Below are positions 1 to 14,111 of a stretch of DNA of 64,000 nt, piece after piece (the first letter of the stretch is position 1; each line of letters starts with the position of its first letter). The notes under the pieces are model-generated. The model saw only the letters and a list, made by a program, of their open reading frames with translations, ran no database searches and was not told where the DNA came from. Origin of the DNA: Octopus vulgaris (Eukaryota); assembly GCA_951406725.2 (NCBI GenBank), contig OX597832.1, positions 38,688,001 through 38,752,000 on the forward strand. The letters run 5' to 3'. Made by a program: the position numbers and the translations under genes.

Positions 1-900
1 ACCATTTAACGCCGACAATCTCGACCACTCCAACACCATCACCACTACCAACCAACCAACCAACCAACCATCACCGCTACCAACAACGTCACTAACATTG
101 CTAGCATCACCAGCAGCAGCAGCAGCAGCAGCAGTAACACCACCACCACCACCAAATACAACCATAAAAAGATCGACCCCCCACCACCACCACCAACATC
201 ACCGCCATTACTATAACCATCCTAATCATTATCCTCACCTCGATCGTCATTACCCAATATCCCGCCCTCTGACACCACTTCTCCCTCCTTCTTCCCCTTC
301 GTCTCTCTCTCTCTCTCTCTCTCTACCTCTGACCTCACCTCTCTTCTTAAATCTCCTCTCATTCTCAGTAAAGTCTGCCATAAAGCTGACGTCCAGCTTC
401 TTCGACAGACGTCACAACTGTATTTGACATCACTTCCTTTCCTATCCCAACATTGGTTCTTCTTGGGCATCGCCACCACCACCACCATCACCATCATCAT
501 CATCACCACCACCACCACCACCATCACTGCCACCACCACCACTACCATCACCATCATCATCATCATTATCGTCGCCCTTATACCTCTACTTCCATCATCA
601 TCGTCATCATCATCATCATCGTCTTCCTCATCTACCACTACCATCATGATCATCATCACCACCACGACCACCACCACCATCACCGCCACCACCGCCACCA
701 CCGCCACCACTACCACCACCACCACTACTATCATCATCATCATCATTATCGTCATCATCATCAACCACTACCACCATCATCATCATCGTCGTTGTCATCG
801 TCATTATCATCATAACCACTACCACCATCATCGCTGTTACCACAACCATCCTCATTATCATTATTGTCATCATCGTCGTTGTCGTCATTGTCATCGGTAC
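1..900. repeat. (CAC)n/(CAT)n compound trinucleotide low-complexity tract
   Basis: Direct inspection; it generates the poly-H/T/I/V/M ORFs. Confidence 0.95.
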
Positions 901-1387
901 CCTTTACCCCCACATCCGGTTCCATGATGTCCTTCATTCAAAAGATGCTAAATTTTGATTTGTGACTGATTTGACAGCTATCTCTAGCAGGTTGAGTGAC
1001 CTCATAGAAGCCCCCGATTTTTTGGCTCGCCGTCATTGTTTCTAATAGATCAGAGGTGTGTAAATCAAGTCGTTTCAGCCGTGACTATCAACACGAGATT
1101 TTCATTGATATTTCTGTCATAGCTCATCCTAAATGCTTTGTTTAACAGGCCAGTTCGTATTTCTCGAAAAAAAAAAAATTTTAATGGTTGAATGGGATTT
1201 GAGGGAGATTTCGTTACTATTTCTAGCGGATCGAATCTCTGCATAGAGGCTATTTCAATTAAGATGATGACGATAATGAATAGTGATTGATGGTGGCGAT
1301 AGTGGTGATGGCGGCGGTGGCGATGGGGGTGGTGACGACGGTAGTGGTGTTGGCAGAAGTGGTGGCGGTCCCGGCGACGGTTTCGGT

Positions 1388-1605
1388 GGCGGTGCAGAAG
1401 CGTTAGCACGCCGGGCGAAAGGCTTAGTGGGATTTCGTCTGTCTTTACATTCTGCGTTCAAATTCCGCCGAGGTCGACTTTGCCTTTCATCCTTTCGAGG
1501 GGGGGCGATAAATTAAGTACCAGTTGCGTACTGGGGATCGATCTAATCGACTGGCCCTCACTCACCCAAAATTTCGGGCCTTGTGCCTAGAGTAGAAAAG
1601 AAAAG
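1388..1605 (+). mobile_element. SINE family X copy (tRNA-like head, MetaSINE-like core)
   Basis: gcagaagcgttagcacgccgggcg...gttcaaattcc (B-box-like) followed by gccgaggtcgactttgcctttcatcc...aagtaccag; matches copies at 22544, 61208, 62570. Confidence 0.85.
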
Positions 1606-1930
1606 GATATTTGAGATTAAGACACTTTTGATGATGGTCGTAGCGTTGTTGTCGTCCTTGTTATTGATCCTATAAATACAATGATGATGATGATGATGAC
1701 GACGACGTCTCGAACCTGTGGTTATAAAAACAAACTCTCCGTTCCTCCTCATCTTCCCACCACCGTGAACTTTGTGCTCCATGTCCCTCTTCAGTTTTCC
1801 TTCACCTGCGAACCTGCCAACGCCATACTGTTCTGTTTTTTGTTTACTTCTTTCTCGTCTTCCTTTTACCTCCTCCGCCTTCTCCACCCCCAACACGCTT
1901 GTAACGAGGACGAACATCGTCGAATTTCTT

Positions 1931-1931
<1 letters not shown>

Positions 1932-1990
<59 letters not shown>

Positions 1991-2164
1991 TTCATCATCA
2001 TCACCATCATCAACGGCGTCATCATCATCTCTACCATCCTCATCACCACTACCACCTCCACCACCACCAGCATTATCATCATCGTCATCATCGTCGTCGT
2101 CATCATCACCATCATCAACGCTGTCATCATTATCTCCACCATCCTCGTCACCACCACCACCACC

Positions 2165-2231
<67 letters not shown>

Positions 2232-2248
2232 CCATCATCATCATCACC

Positions 2249-2307
<59 letters not shown>

Positions 2308-2362
2308 CATCATCATCACCATCATCAACGCTGTCATCATTATCTCCACCATCCTCGTCACC

Positions 2363-2396
<34 letters not shown>

Positions 2397-2507
2397 TCAT
2401 CAACATCATCATCATCATCATCATCATCATCGTCATCTTCACCAACAACTGCAGCAGCAGCAGCAACTTCATCTCTTCACCCTTTATCTGTCTTCTCCAT
2501 CAATCAC

Positions 2508-2599
<92 letters not shown>

Positions 2600-2674
2600 C
2601 CATCATCGTTCACTAACCACTTTACGTCCTTATTACATTCATTAGTTTATGTCGGGTTTGTTTCCGACGTTCTC

Positions 2675-2727
<53 letters not shown>

Positions 2728-2760
2728 CAACAACAGCAACAACGACGACAACAACAACAT
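1932..2760. repeat. (CAT)n/(CAC)n tract with internal higher-order duplication, followed by (AAT)n
   Basis: Direct inspection. Confidence 0.95.
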
Positions 2761-3065
2761 GCTTTTTTGTTGATGTTTTCGTTTTTGATTTAAGACGCTA
2801 TTCTCGTGCAAGGCAGCTGCATAATTGATTCTGATTGGGCTGATTCTACAGACAAGTGTTTGTGATTGGCCACGGAGCACAACTGTTTCTGACACAAGAG
2901 AGCTCCATTGAGTACGTTGAGGAGAGGGGAACAAAAAAAAAAGAAAAGAAAAATACGAAAGATATGAAGGAAATATGGAAAATGAAAGTGAAACTTACCG
3001 ACAGAATAACAATAGATGCCGGGGAAATGATTGAATGTCACATGGTTACATTGTTACTTCGATTT

Positions 3066-3131
<66 letters not shown>

Positions 3132-3687
3132 TGCCCTGATGCCGTACCAGGCAGTGGCTCTCGTGGCTTCTGATCTTAACTGATTGGACGTGTTATCATG
3201 TACATTGATTTGTCTTGGTATAAAAGATGGGCTACAGCAAATATTCTGCTCAATACCACAGATTTGCTTGTCAGTTGTTTGACCATAACCAGTTGAGCAT
3301 GTCCCTTAGTGGCTGACGATATGTGCATCTCTGATCACGAGCAGAAGTAGTGGGGGAGCATCATAGCCAAGTGTTGAGGGGGATTCTTTGGGGGTTTGAA
3401 TAATTCCCCTTTGGAAACATGGGTGATTCGTTCAACATCCTTAAACAACCCTTATTCAGGGACCTTTTGAGCGGGATGGGTTACTCGACCAGAAGAAAAT
3501 TCTAACTGGGCCCCACCTGCGAGGTCATGTGCTGTTTATCTCGATATGAGATCACCATGTGGCACACATATCGTTGTGATGCATGTTCCTAGTGTGCCCT
3601 TATCAGACGGGTAGTCATGATGGGTATACTGGGCTTCGTATATTTTACCTTAGTGTCACTTTGATGGCATGCACTGCTCTCTCACTC
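3132..3687 (+). mobile_element. ~555-bp non-coding interspersed repeat (family W), full length, in an (AAT)n/(AAC)n tract; strand arbitrary
   Basis: Near-identical to 59590-60131 (reverse), 40238-40626 and 37907-38243. Confidence 0.9.
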
Positions 3688-3950
3688 AATAACGACAACA
3701 TCAACAACAACAACAATAATAATAATGAGGAAGAGGAGGAGGAAGAAGAAGAGGAGGAGGAAGAAGAAGAAGAGGAGGAGGAAGAAGAAGAGGAGGAGGA
3801 GGTGGTGGTGGAGGAAGAGAGAGAGTAGCCTGGCTAGGCTTGAAAAGGGCGACTTTTTTAAATATACATGCATATATATCTACACATACATGTTCATACA
3901 ATGGCACTCGTGCGCACACACACACACAAATACATACATATATATATAAA

Positions 3951-4154
3951 TGTGACCTCGTGTGTACCGTTGGCGATTTTTTTTCCTCTGTCTTCCCTTC
4001 TCTGGATCCTTCCTTCTCCTATGTTTCCGACGAAGATCTCCGCTCGAAACGTTAAACCCTCCTTCTTCCCTTCTTTCCTGAGCGTCCAATAATACTATAT
4101 TTGTTCCACGTCCTCGCATTGTTGTGTTTTTTTGTGTTTTCTTGTTTGGATTAA

Positions 4155-4155
<1 letters not shown>
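3951..4155 (+). mobile_element. ~200-bp (TA)n-flanked element carrying a minimal type I hammerhead (4023-4057)
   Basis: gttt-CCGACGA-a-gatc tcc gctc-GAAA-cg-tt-aaac; one stem II mismatch; same family as 10605, 33171, 42621. Confidence 0.8.
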
Positions 4156-4206
<51 letters not shown>

Positions 4207-4619
4207 GAGGGTGTGTGTGGAAGAAAAATTACACAGACGCATGCATACCCATATCGCTAGATATTTTTGCCGTAGACACTGTGAATGCGTGTATGAATGC
4301 GTGAATGCGTGTATGTGTGTGTGCGTCCGCATGTGTATTGCCCCTCACAACTCTCCGTGTGACCGGAGGTAATCATAACAACGAAAGCAACACATCATCG
4401 TCATCATCATCATCATCATCATTTATCCATAAAAAATAATTATTATAATAATATCCACGGTAAATATCATTTTCGTAATAATGAATAAATAAAATGATAA
4501 TGTTGATGTTATTCTTGTAATGGTAATCTAATATTAATTAACAGATTCACTTTAAAATATTAAGATGATGATATCAATGATCAATAGAACGATGTGTTTA
4601 GTTTACAATAATATTATTA

Positions 4620-5026
4620 TTTATAATGACGAAGGTGATAATGATGACGATGACGATGAGGAAGATGAAGGGGAGAAGGATGATAACGACGACGATGTAG
4701 ATGATAAGAATGGCGATGATGACGATGATTATGATGATAATGATGATGATGAGGATGAGGATGGTAATGATGAGGATGGTAATGATGATGATTGTGGTGA
4801 TGATGATAATGATGATGATGTTGATGATGATGATGGTGGTGGTGATGATGATGATGATGATGATGATGTTATGGTGGTGATGATGATGATGATGATGATT
4901 ATGCTGATCATGAACATGACAGTGATGATGACAGTGATGATGATGATGATGATAGTGATGTTTATGATGATGGTGATGATGGTGATGATGATGGCGATGA
5001 TAATAATGATGATGAGGAGGAGGATT

Positions 5027-5063
<37 letters not shown>

Positions 5064-5070
5064 GGATGAT
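4620..5070. repeat. (GAT)n low-complexity tract
   Basis: Direct inspection. Confidence 0.95.
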
Positions 5071-5606
5071 TTGTTTTATTTGTCACAGTGGCGTCATTCG
5101 GGAGCGGTGCATTGCAAAGATAAGTTACAAATTCTCTGAGGGTTTACACAGAATCTGTTGAGGTAAAAAAAAAATAAGGAAAAGAATAATAATAATTTAT
5201 ATTGATAATAATTAGCATAACAATATTTTGTTTATACTGATTATAGCCATTTTTTTTTTTTTTTTGGAAATAAAAAGTACTTCAGCAGCAAGAACAACAG
5301 AAACAATACAAGTAACAACATTAATAGCAGCAAGTGTAAAGATTTCGTTAGAATTAGTAAAATGTCTCAAATTGCGTTATCGTATTTCAAAGTTTAGGTC
5401 TTCGCTTGATGGTGGGGGGGGGGCGTGTTGTTGCGGGATGAAGGGTTAGGAACGGAGGAGGCCAGCAAAATAAACTGGTTTCTTTTTTTATGTACTACAA
5501 TTAGGGATTAGAGCAAATTAAGGAACGACCTCAAAAACCACACTGGTATCTCTTTAAACTGCTTCCGGTCTTTCCCAAACTATCATATTCCTCTCTGTTT
5601 CTCTCC

Positions 5607-5646
<40 letters not shown>

Positions 5647-5848
5647 TCTGCCTTCTTTCTTTTCTTTTTTCTCTCAGTCTGTCTTTTTCATTCATTCACG
5701 AGTTCACTTTCTCCCTCTCTCTTTCTCTCTCTCTCATACACACACACACACATATACACACACACATCTATTTTCTTTTCTGCGACTCATCTATCATTCT
5801 ATATCTGGTTTTCAACCATATGACGTATTTATGTATATAAGAACGAAC

Positions 5849-5936
<88 letters not shown>

Positions 5937-5948
5937 AAAATATATAAG

Positions 5949-6180
5949 TGCGCACTTTTAAAGCCTAGCCAGGCTCATGGTTTCTAAAGCGTATGTGTAC
6001 CCCAGCTGAACGGGACGCCAGTCCATCGCAGCGTTACTCATTTTTGCCAGCTGAGTGGACTGGAGCAACGTGAAATGAAGTGTTTTGCTCAAGGACACAA
6101 CGCGTCGCCCAGTCCAGGAATCGAAACCACAATCTTACGATCATAATGCTGACACCCTAACCACTAAGCCACGCGCCTCC
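5949..6180 (-). mobile_element. tRNA-derived SINE family Z (V-SINE-like core)
   Basis: Reverse complement of 34809-35047; A box tggcttagtgg, B box ggtttcgattcc, core gcgatggactggcgtcccg. Confidence 0.85.
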
Positions 6181-6440
6181 CCCCCCCCCCCACATACATA
6201 TATATATATATATATATATAGTATTCAGTCAATTTGAGGATGTCTTATCCCGCTAAGGGATTAATATATCCAAGATTACACCGGTTTAATCACTAATACG
6301 TTTGAGGAAGGTCTCCACGATACATATGGGATTATCATAAGTATTATTTAATAAAAGGTGAGAAAATGGAGAGTTGACAAGGATGTAAATTAATTTATTA
6401 ACACAGTTCCAAGATAAAATCTGAATACAAATAAACTTTA

Positions 6441-6541
6441 AAAAGCCTACGTACGTTTCGTTTCAAGAACTGGATTAAATCCAGTGATGAGAATTAATTA
6501 TCATTTCTAAATAATATAGGGTAGAATCTCTTCAGGGTTTT
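6441..6541 (-). ncRNA. Type I hammerhead ribozyme with long stem II insert, in a (TA)n-flanked pLTR-like remnant (~6221-6735)
   Basis: Minus strand: aaacc-CTGAAGA-gattc...gaaac-GAAA-cgtacg-TA/ggcttt; palindromic ACGTACGT helix III; one mismatch each in stems I and II. Confidence 0.65.
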
Positions 6542-6786
6542 TTTTTTTCGTTTTTTTAACAAGGAGCGTTCCATGCTTATGAAAAGGATTAAATTTATAT
6601 ACTCTGGAAGAAAGGACGTATTTATCTTATATAGAGAGAGTATGTATCTGCTAAGAATATCATACAAATAAACATAAAATAGAACATATAAAAATAAGAA
6701 ATAAAAATTATACAATTATAAAGTATTACCAAATACCTTATACATATATATATATGTGTATGTTTGTATGCATGTATCTATGTGTG

Positions 6787-6835
<49 letters not shown>

Positions 6836-6874
6836 ATATATGTATATATATATATGTATAGGTATAGGTGTGTG

Positions 6875-6913
<39 letters not shown>

Positions 6914-7002
6914 ATGTATATATGTATATGTTTTTATGTTATATATGTACATATATATGCATACATTCATATATACATACATACATACATACATACATAC
7001 AT

Positions 7003-7046
<44 letters not shown>

Positions 7047-7705
7047 TTCAAAACCTATCAAATGTATTTACACGAGTGTGGTGCAAACTTGAATATAATA
7101 TGACCCGCTTTTTCTTAACCTAAAAATCATATTACTTTTTTCCTATTATTTTTCAACGATGATATTTAGTCTCCGTCTTATTTCAAAATCACAAGGGCAG
7201 AGCCTCAGGAGTTACTTGTACCAGTGCAACAGTTTGTTTCCTCGTGAAAAACTAAACTCCAGGACACGTTTAGAGCCCATTTGGGAATCGAATGGCAGAC
7301 TCGAGTATCTCACGGAAAGTGAAAGTTGAAATGCAAGCATTTTTGAAATGAATAAAATTGTCTCTTGCATATATCGGACAACGAAGCATCGCATCATTCC
7401 CTAACCAAACACAATCGTAAATTATCAAAATAAAATCTAACGCTTTCGACCTGCCGACGTACTCACGAGTTTCTACAGGGTTGGTGGTTCTCATTTTTAG
7501 TTAAATGACAGGAGCGATTTAAAATGAAGTTTTCGATCGTTAGTATAAGGTCACGTGCTTTCACAGTGCTGTTCTAGTGCCATATTTTCCAACCACAAAT
7601 GAATGAAAAGTTAATGTGATCTTGGCAAGATTTGAGCGCAGAGCTGGAACGAATACCACGCAAATGGTTCTGTTAACTCGCTGACGTATGGTCTAATGTA
7701 GATTT

Positions 7706-8012
7706 GTTTGTTCCTTCTCGAGCCATACCTGGCTCATAAGGGCTGGTTTCCCGGTTTCCTTTGCGTATAGGTTCCCCCACCTGGACGGGACGCCGGTCCG
7801 TCGCAGGTGAGCTGCAAGATGCAGGAGGAAAGAGTGAGAGAAAGTTGTGGCGAAAGAGTCAGCAGAAGTTTGCCATTACCTTCTGCCGGAGCCGCGTGGA
7901 GCTTAGGTGTTTCGCTCATAAACACACACATCGCCCGGTCTGAGATTCGAACCTGCAATCAATCTCTCGACCGTGAGTCCGCTGCTCTAACCACTAGGCC
8001 ATGTGCCTCCAC
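7706..8012 (-). mobile_element. tRNA-derived SINE, family Z variant
   Basis: Minus ggaggcacatggcctagtgg...ggttcgaatc; related to 43765-44078. Confidence 0.8.
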
Positions 8013-8371
8013 AATGTAGATTTAGGTAGACCGTATTCGTTAAAAAAACCGGGATGGTCGTAACAAGAATGTTTTTCATCGTAGCTTTGCTAGTTCAGGG
8101 GTGATTTGAGGTTAAATGAAGAACAACATGGAACACTGCTGAGCCGCACCGAAGATCCTTCATATAAACAAAACATACACTTGGTAGCGATATTAAATGA
8201 TATTTATGTTAATTTAGGATTTTATTTAGATTGATATCAAATATAGACCAAGATAAACAGCAGCTCATTTCAGAAACGATACTTAATAAACAGCGGATTA
8301 AATTTTTATCCCAATACATAAAACACCAACGAAGACAAAAATACGTTCACAATAAAATCATATTTTTGTTC

Positions 8372-8585
<214 letters not shown>

Positions 8586-8595
8586 TATAGATATA

Positions 8596-8652
<57 letters not shown>

Positions 8653-8862
8653 GTATACGTGTATGTGTAAGGGGAGTGACAGACAGAAAGGCAGACAGAC
8701 AGACGAATGGAGAGACACAGACATAGGAGGAGGAGGAGGAGGAGGAGGAGGAGGAGGAAGAAGAGGGGAGGAAGAGAAGGAAGAGGAGAATGAAGATACA
8801 CACGCAAACGCATACATACACATATCTATATAAATGCATGTAGACACTTATCCTTTATATCT

Positions 8863-9262
8863 TTTTCTTTTTATTTGTTTCAGTCATTAGACTGTGGCCA
8901 AGCTGGGGCAGTGGCTGGAACTTTTAGCCGAATGAATTGACGACCCCAGAGCTTCATTCTTAAGCCTGAATAAGTCTTTTTTTTTGCCAAACCGCTAAGT
9001 TACGGGCATACAAACAGTTGTCAAGTGTTGGTGGTGGGACAAACACAGACACAAATATATACATACACATATATATATATATGTATTATGGATTTTTATG
9101 TACGTATATATATGTATGTATGTTTATATGTATGTATGTTTATACCCGTCGGGCTTCTTTAAATCTCTCTCTCTACCAAATCCGTCCACAAGGCTTTGGT
9201 CGGCTCGAAGCTATAGCACAACAAGACACCTGTCTAAAGTACCACGTAGTGGGACTGAAACC
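8863..9262 (-). mobile_element. SINE family Y, degenerate copy
   Basis: Reverse match to 13507-13929. Confidence 0.75.
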
Positions 9263-9289
<27 letters not shown>

Positions 9290-9301
<12 letters not shown>

Positions 9302-9530
9302 TTTGTGTCTGTATTCGTCCCCCTCCACCGCTTGACAGCCGGTGTTGATGTTCTTACGTCCCCCGTAACGTAGCGGTTCGGCGAAAAGAGACCGATAAAA
9401 CAAGTACTACGCTTATAAACACCAATAAGTCCTCAGCTCGATTTTTTCGATTGAAACCCTTCAAGGCGGTGCCCCAGCATGGCCGCAGTCGAATGACTGA
9501 AACAAATAAGAGACAAAAAGAAAAAAAGAA
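9290..9530 (+). mobile_element. SINE family Y, 3' half
   Basis: cttgacagccggtgttg...gcggttcggc...cagcatggccgcagtc. Confidence 0.75.
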
Positions 9531-9688
9531 ACTAACACAAGTAAACAAATTATTTTAAAGTATTTTTTCTGTTTTCTTAATTTCTTACAAAAGCCAGAAC
9601 TGAATTTCGAGTCTGCATATTAATATTGTTTCTGTCTTTGTTATCAATTTGCTTCTTGTTGTTGTTGTTGTTGTTACCACCATTGATG

Positions 9689-9720
<32 letters not shown>

Positions 9721-9919
9721 GGTGGTGGTGGTGGTGGTTGTGGTGGTGGTGGTGGTGTTATTGTCATGGTTATTATTACAGTTAGTCTCATGTGTGTTGT
9801 TCTCCTAATCGTTGTTGTTCGTGTGGTTGTTGTTCCTTTTGTTTTTGTTGTTGTTGTTGTCGTAGTTGTTGTTATTATTTGTATTGTTGTTATTATTGTT
9901 TTTGTTTTTCTTTACAGTT

Positions 9920-9951
<32 letters not shown>

Positions 9952-10450
9952 GTGTGTTTCTCTTTTCTTTCAAGCAGTCTGTCTACGGTCGAGTTGACAA
10001 TATCAAACACAAGTGTTTATGTCATCAGGCCTCAAGTACTACCTCCCAGACTCTTACAATAGCATACCACACCATAACATCATAACAACTATAGCCACCA
10101 CCACCACCACCACCACTCACCACGAAAGCCATCATCAACCATCACCACCTTCGCCACCACATCCACAAGCACCGACATCATTGCCACCACTACAGCCACT
10201 TGTATCATCAGCAAAAACTATCATCATTATTATGTCTATCACCACCACCACCACCAATAATAAAAACAACAACAACAACCAACGGTAAATGAGCTAACAA
10301 GAGACCATGTAGGTGGTTGCTCGAGATGCTAGAAACAGAAACCAAATTTGCGTCGATAGCATTACAACGGCTTAAAAACGAACGATAAACAGCCTTCTCT
10401 ATTATACGCACAAGGTTTGAAGAATTCTTGGGTAGAGGATTAGTCCTCAC

Positions 10451-10581
10451 TGGTATATATTTTATCGAACCCGAAAGGATGTATGGCGAAATCCACCTCG
10501 GCGGAATTTCAGTGCAGAACGGATGAAATGCCGTTAAGCATTTTGTCCGGCGTGCTAACGATTCTGCCAGTTTACCGCCTT
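10451..10581 (-). mobile_element. SINE family X, partial
   Basis: Reverse match to the family X head and core. Confidence 0.7.
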
Positions 10582-10604
10582 AACGGATATATATATATTC
10601 AAAA

Positions 10605-10801
10605 TGTGACCTCGTGTGTACCGTTGGCGATTTTTTCCTCCTCCGTCTTCCCTTCTTTGGATTTTTCCTTTTCCTATGTTTCTGACGAAGAGCTCCGCTC
10701 GAAACGTTAAACCCTCCTTCTTTCCTGAGCGTCCAATAATACTATATTTGTTCCACGTCCTCGCGTTGTTGTGTTTTCTCTTTGTGTTTTCATGCTTGGA
10801 T

Positions 10802-10805
<4 letters not shown>
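10605..10805 (+). mobile_element. ~200-bp (TA)n-flanked element with intact minimal type I hammerhead (10678-10712)
   Basis: gttt-CTGACGA-a-gagc tcc gctc-GAAA-cg-TT/aaac; canonical core and palindromic ACGT helix III. Confidence 0.85.
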
Positions 10806-10863
<58 letters not shown>

Positions 10864-10870
10864 GATACCC

Positions 10871-10951
<81 letters not shown>

Positions 10952-10959
10952 TGTATATA

Positions 10960-11352
10960 TGTGTGGTAAGAAACTTGCTTCCCACCCACATGTTACCAGG
11001 TTCAGTCTCACTGCGTGGCATCTTTGGCAAGTGTCTTCTACTATAGCTTTGGGTCAACCAAAGCCTTGTGAGTAGATTTGCTAGACGGAAATTGAAAGAA
11101 GCCTGTCGTATATATATGTGTGTATGTGTGTGTGTGTGTGTGTGCCTTTATGTCTGTTTTTGTCCTCCCGCCATCACTTGACAACCGATGCTGGTGTGTT
11201 TACGCCTCTGTAACATAGTTGGCACATAACATGGTTGGGCAAAATAGACCCGTTAGAATAAGTACCAAGCCCTGGGGTCCATTTCTTCGACTAAAAGGAG
11301 GGTGCTCCTGTATGGCCGCAGTCAAATGACTGACACGAGTAAAAGAAGAAAA
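10960..11352 (+). mobile_element. SINE family Y
   Basis: Matches 13507-13929. Confidence 0.8.
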
Positions 11353-11810
11353 GAATATATGTGTGTGTATACACATATATCTATACTCACACACACACAT
11401 ATATATATACACATACACGCACACTCACATGTATATGTACACACACACACATATATATATCAAACACAAATGTTTGTCTCATCAGAGTTCATGTTCTGGT
11501 ATTAACCCATCCGTGACAGTTCCGTCTTATCCTCAGACATAATATATATCTGAGATCAGTGAAGAGACAAATATTTCATAAACATTATCAAAGCATTTCT
11601 TGGAGCATGATTTTAGCAAAGAGCTCGAAAAAAAAAAGAAAAGAAGAAAAAGGAAGGTGGTTCAGCCCGCTTTACAGTCACGTAGTTTCGGGTTCAGTCC
11701 CACTGTGCCGACCAACCAATGACTTGACCAATGACTTTAGAGTGAAATTATTAGATGGAATAAGAACCAGACTTCAGAGAAACATAAATACTGGGGTCGA
11801 TTTGTTCAAC

Positions 11811-11897
<87 letters not shown>

Positions 11898-12034
11898 AGA
11901 GAGAGAGAGAGAGGGATATATATATATATTATTTATATTATATACATATATATACATATGTATATATTTATATACTTATATATATATATAGATATATAGC
12001 TATAGATATATAGATAGATATATTATATATATAT

Positions 12035-12066
<32 letters not shown>

Positions 12067-12094
12067 AAGAGGGGGGAGAGAGAGAGATAAATAA

Positions 12095-12259
<165 letters not shown>

Positions 12260-12815
12260 CAGACAGATAGATAGATGTATATTAACATGCCAGCGCGCAT
12301 TCCCACACACACAGAACGGCTCATCTTTATATTGTGTCTATAGAGACAGGATTGCATCTTTGGAAAACATTGTGATGGACAGTTCTAATGGCATGCTTCC
12401 ATACTTCCTCTAAATACGCAGATACGCCACTTTGATAACATAACCGTAACACACACATAATTTATCGCTAAGACGTGTAACGGTTCTTTTCAGTATTTAT
12501 ATAACTGATATCTGGAGACGTGATATCTGATATGCAGGCGTGTACTATCCGAATAGCATTCAACTTTTATCTCGACTTCCTCTGCCTCTCTGCTGTTGTT
12601 ATTGCTATTGCGGTTATTGTTGTTTTTGATATATTATTAAATAACTGTATACACAGAAAATGTTTCTCATTGTACAAACTCCATACACACACACACACAC
12701 GCACACACACACATACACATATACACACACACTCACACACAACAGTATCGGCTGTCAAGCGATGGAAGGGGACACACAAACACACACATATACATACACG
12801 CACACACACGCACAC

Positions 12816-12864
<49 letters not shown>

Positions 12865-12941
12865 CGTACACACACGCGCGCACACAAACACACGCACTCA
12901 CATAAATACATAAATATATATATATGCGTATATATATATAT

Positions 12942-13397
12942 ATGATGGCTGACCCCTCGTTATCGAGTATGGCCATTGCACGAAGCTTAACTGTTACTAG
13001 TGCTGTGATCGAATGTGACTTTTTAGCCCAGCTAAAGATCTACAATGTCTTGTACAGAATTGGCAACTAAAATCTTTACCGGTAATAGCCGGCTGTAGTT
13101 GTAACTGGGCTTCATGTACCTTTGCATGTCGTTTAAGTCCTACTGCCGAATTACACTCTCTTCCACATGCCCGACAGATATGATTAGTATAGTGTGTTAC
13201 ACCACCACCAGTGGCCAGGTTGTCACTCATCTGTCTCGTTTTATGACTACGAAGATGACTCTTAAGTCCAGCGTTACTGAGGCAGGGTCTTGCACAGACG
13301 TTGCATGTCAGCATCATTGGAAGACCCTTCCCATCTGGAAGTTTAACAGCGATGCCCTTCCTGACATCATACTTACTTTCACATGTGCAACTCGAGA
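12942..13397 (-). mobile_element. 3' end of an RTE-like LINE encoding three C2H2 zinc fingers (ORF 12997-13317)
   Basis: CNVC..GLKSHLRSH, CRAC..GLKRHAKVH, CQFC..GLKSHIRSQH, a short hairpin 3' UTR, then (TA)n; second copy at 29081-29550. Confidence 0.75.
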
Positions 13398-13423
13398 TAT
13401 ATATATATATTTACATACGTGTG

Positions 13424-13456
<33 letters not shown>

Positions 13457-13458
13457 GT

Positions 13459-13506
<48 letters not shown>

Positions 13507-13509
<3 letters not shown>

Positions 13510-13929
13510 AGCAGGAGTGGCTGTGTGGTAAGTAGCTTCCTAACCAACCACATGGTTCCGGGTTCAGTCCCACTGCGTGGCATCTTGGGCAAGTGTCTTC
13601 TGCTATAGCCCCGGGCCGACAAATGCCTTGTGAGTGGATTTGGTAGACGGAAACTGAAAGAAGCCTGTCGTATATATGTATATATATATATGTGTATGTG
13701 TGTGTATGTGTTTGTGTGTCTGTGTTTGTCTCCCTAGCATTGCTTGACAACAGATGCTGGTGTGTTTACGTCCCCGTCACTTAGCGGTTCGGCAAAAGAG
13801 ACCGATAGAATAAGTACTGGGCTTACAAAGAATAAGTCCCGGGGTCGATTTGCTCGACTAAAGGCGGTGCTCCAGCATAGCCGCAGTCAAATGACTGAAA
13901 CAAGTAAAAGAGTAAAAGAGAGTAAAGAG
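13507..13929 (+). mobile_element. tRNA-derived SINE family Y, full length
   Basis: A box tggctgtgtgg, B box ggttcagtccc, CORE-like cttgggcaagt, internal (TG/TA)n, (TAAAAGAG)n tail; many other copies in the window. Confidence 0.9.
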
Positions 13930-14038
<109 letters not shown>

Positions 14039-14111
14039 TAAATATATGTGTTTGTGTGTGTATCCATATAAATATGTGTATGTAAATGTTTATATATGTA
14101 AATTTCAACTC

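Noticed and set aside
98-2773. His/Thr/Ile/Met homopolymer ORFs
   Set aside because: They are translations of CAC/CAT repeats, open in several frames on both strands
3132-3200. Possible HDV-like ribozyme at the family W terminus
   Set aside because: A hairpin is present, but P1/P2 and the catalytic C segment could not be assigned, and the ctcgt loop reads cttat in the 60.1 kb copy
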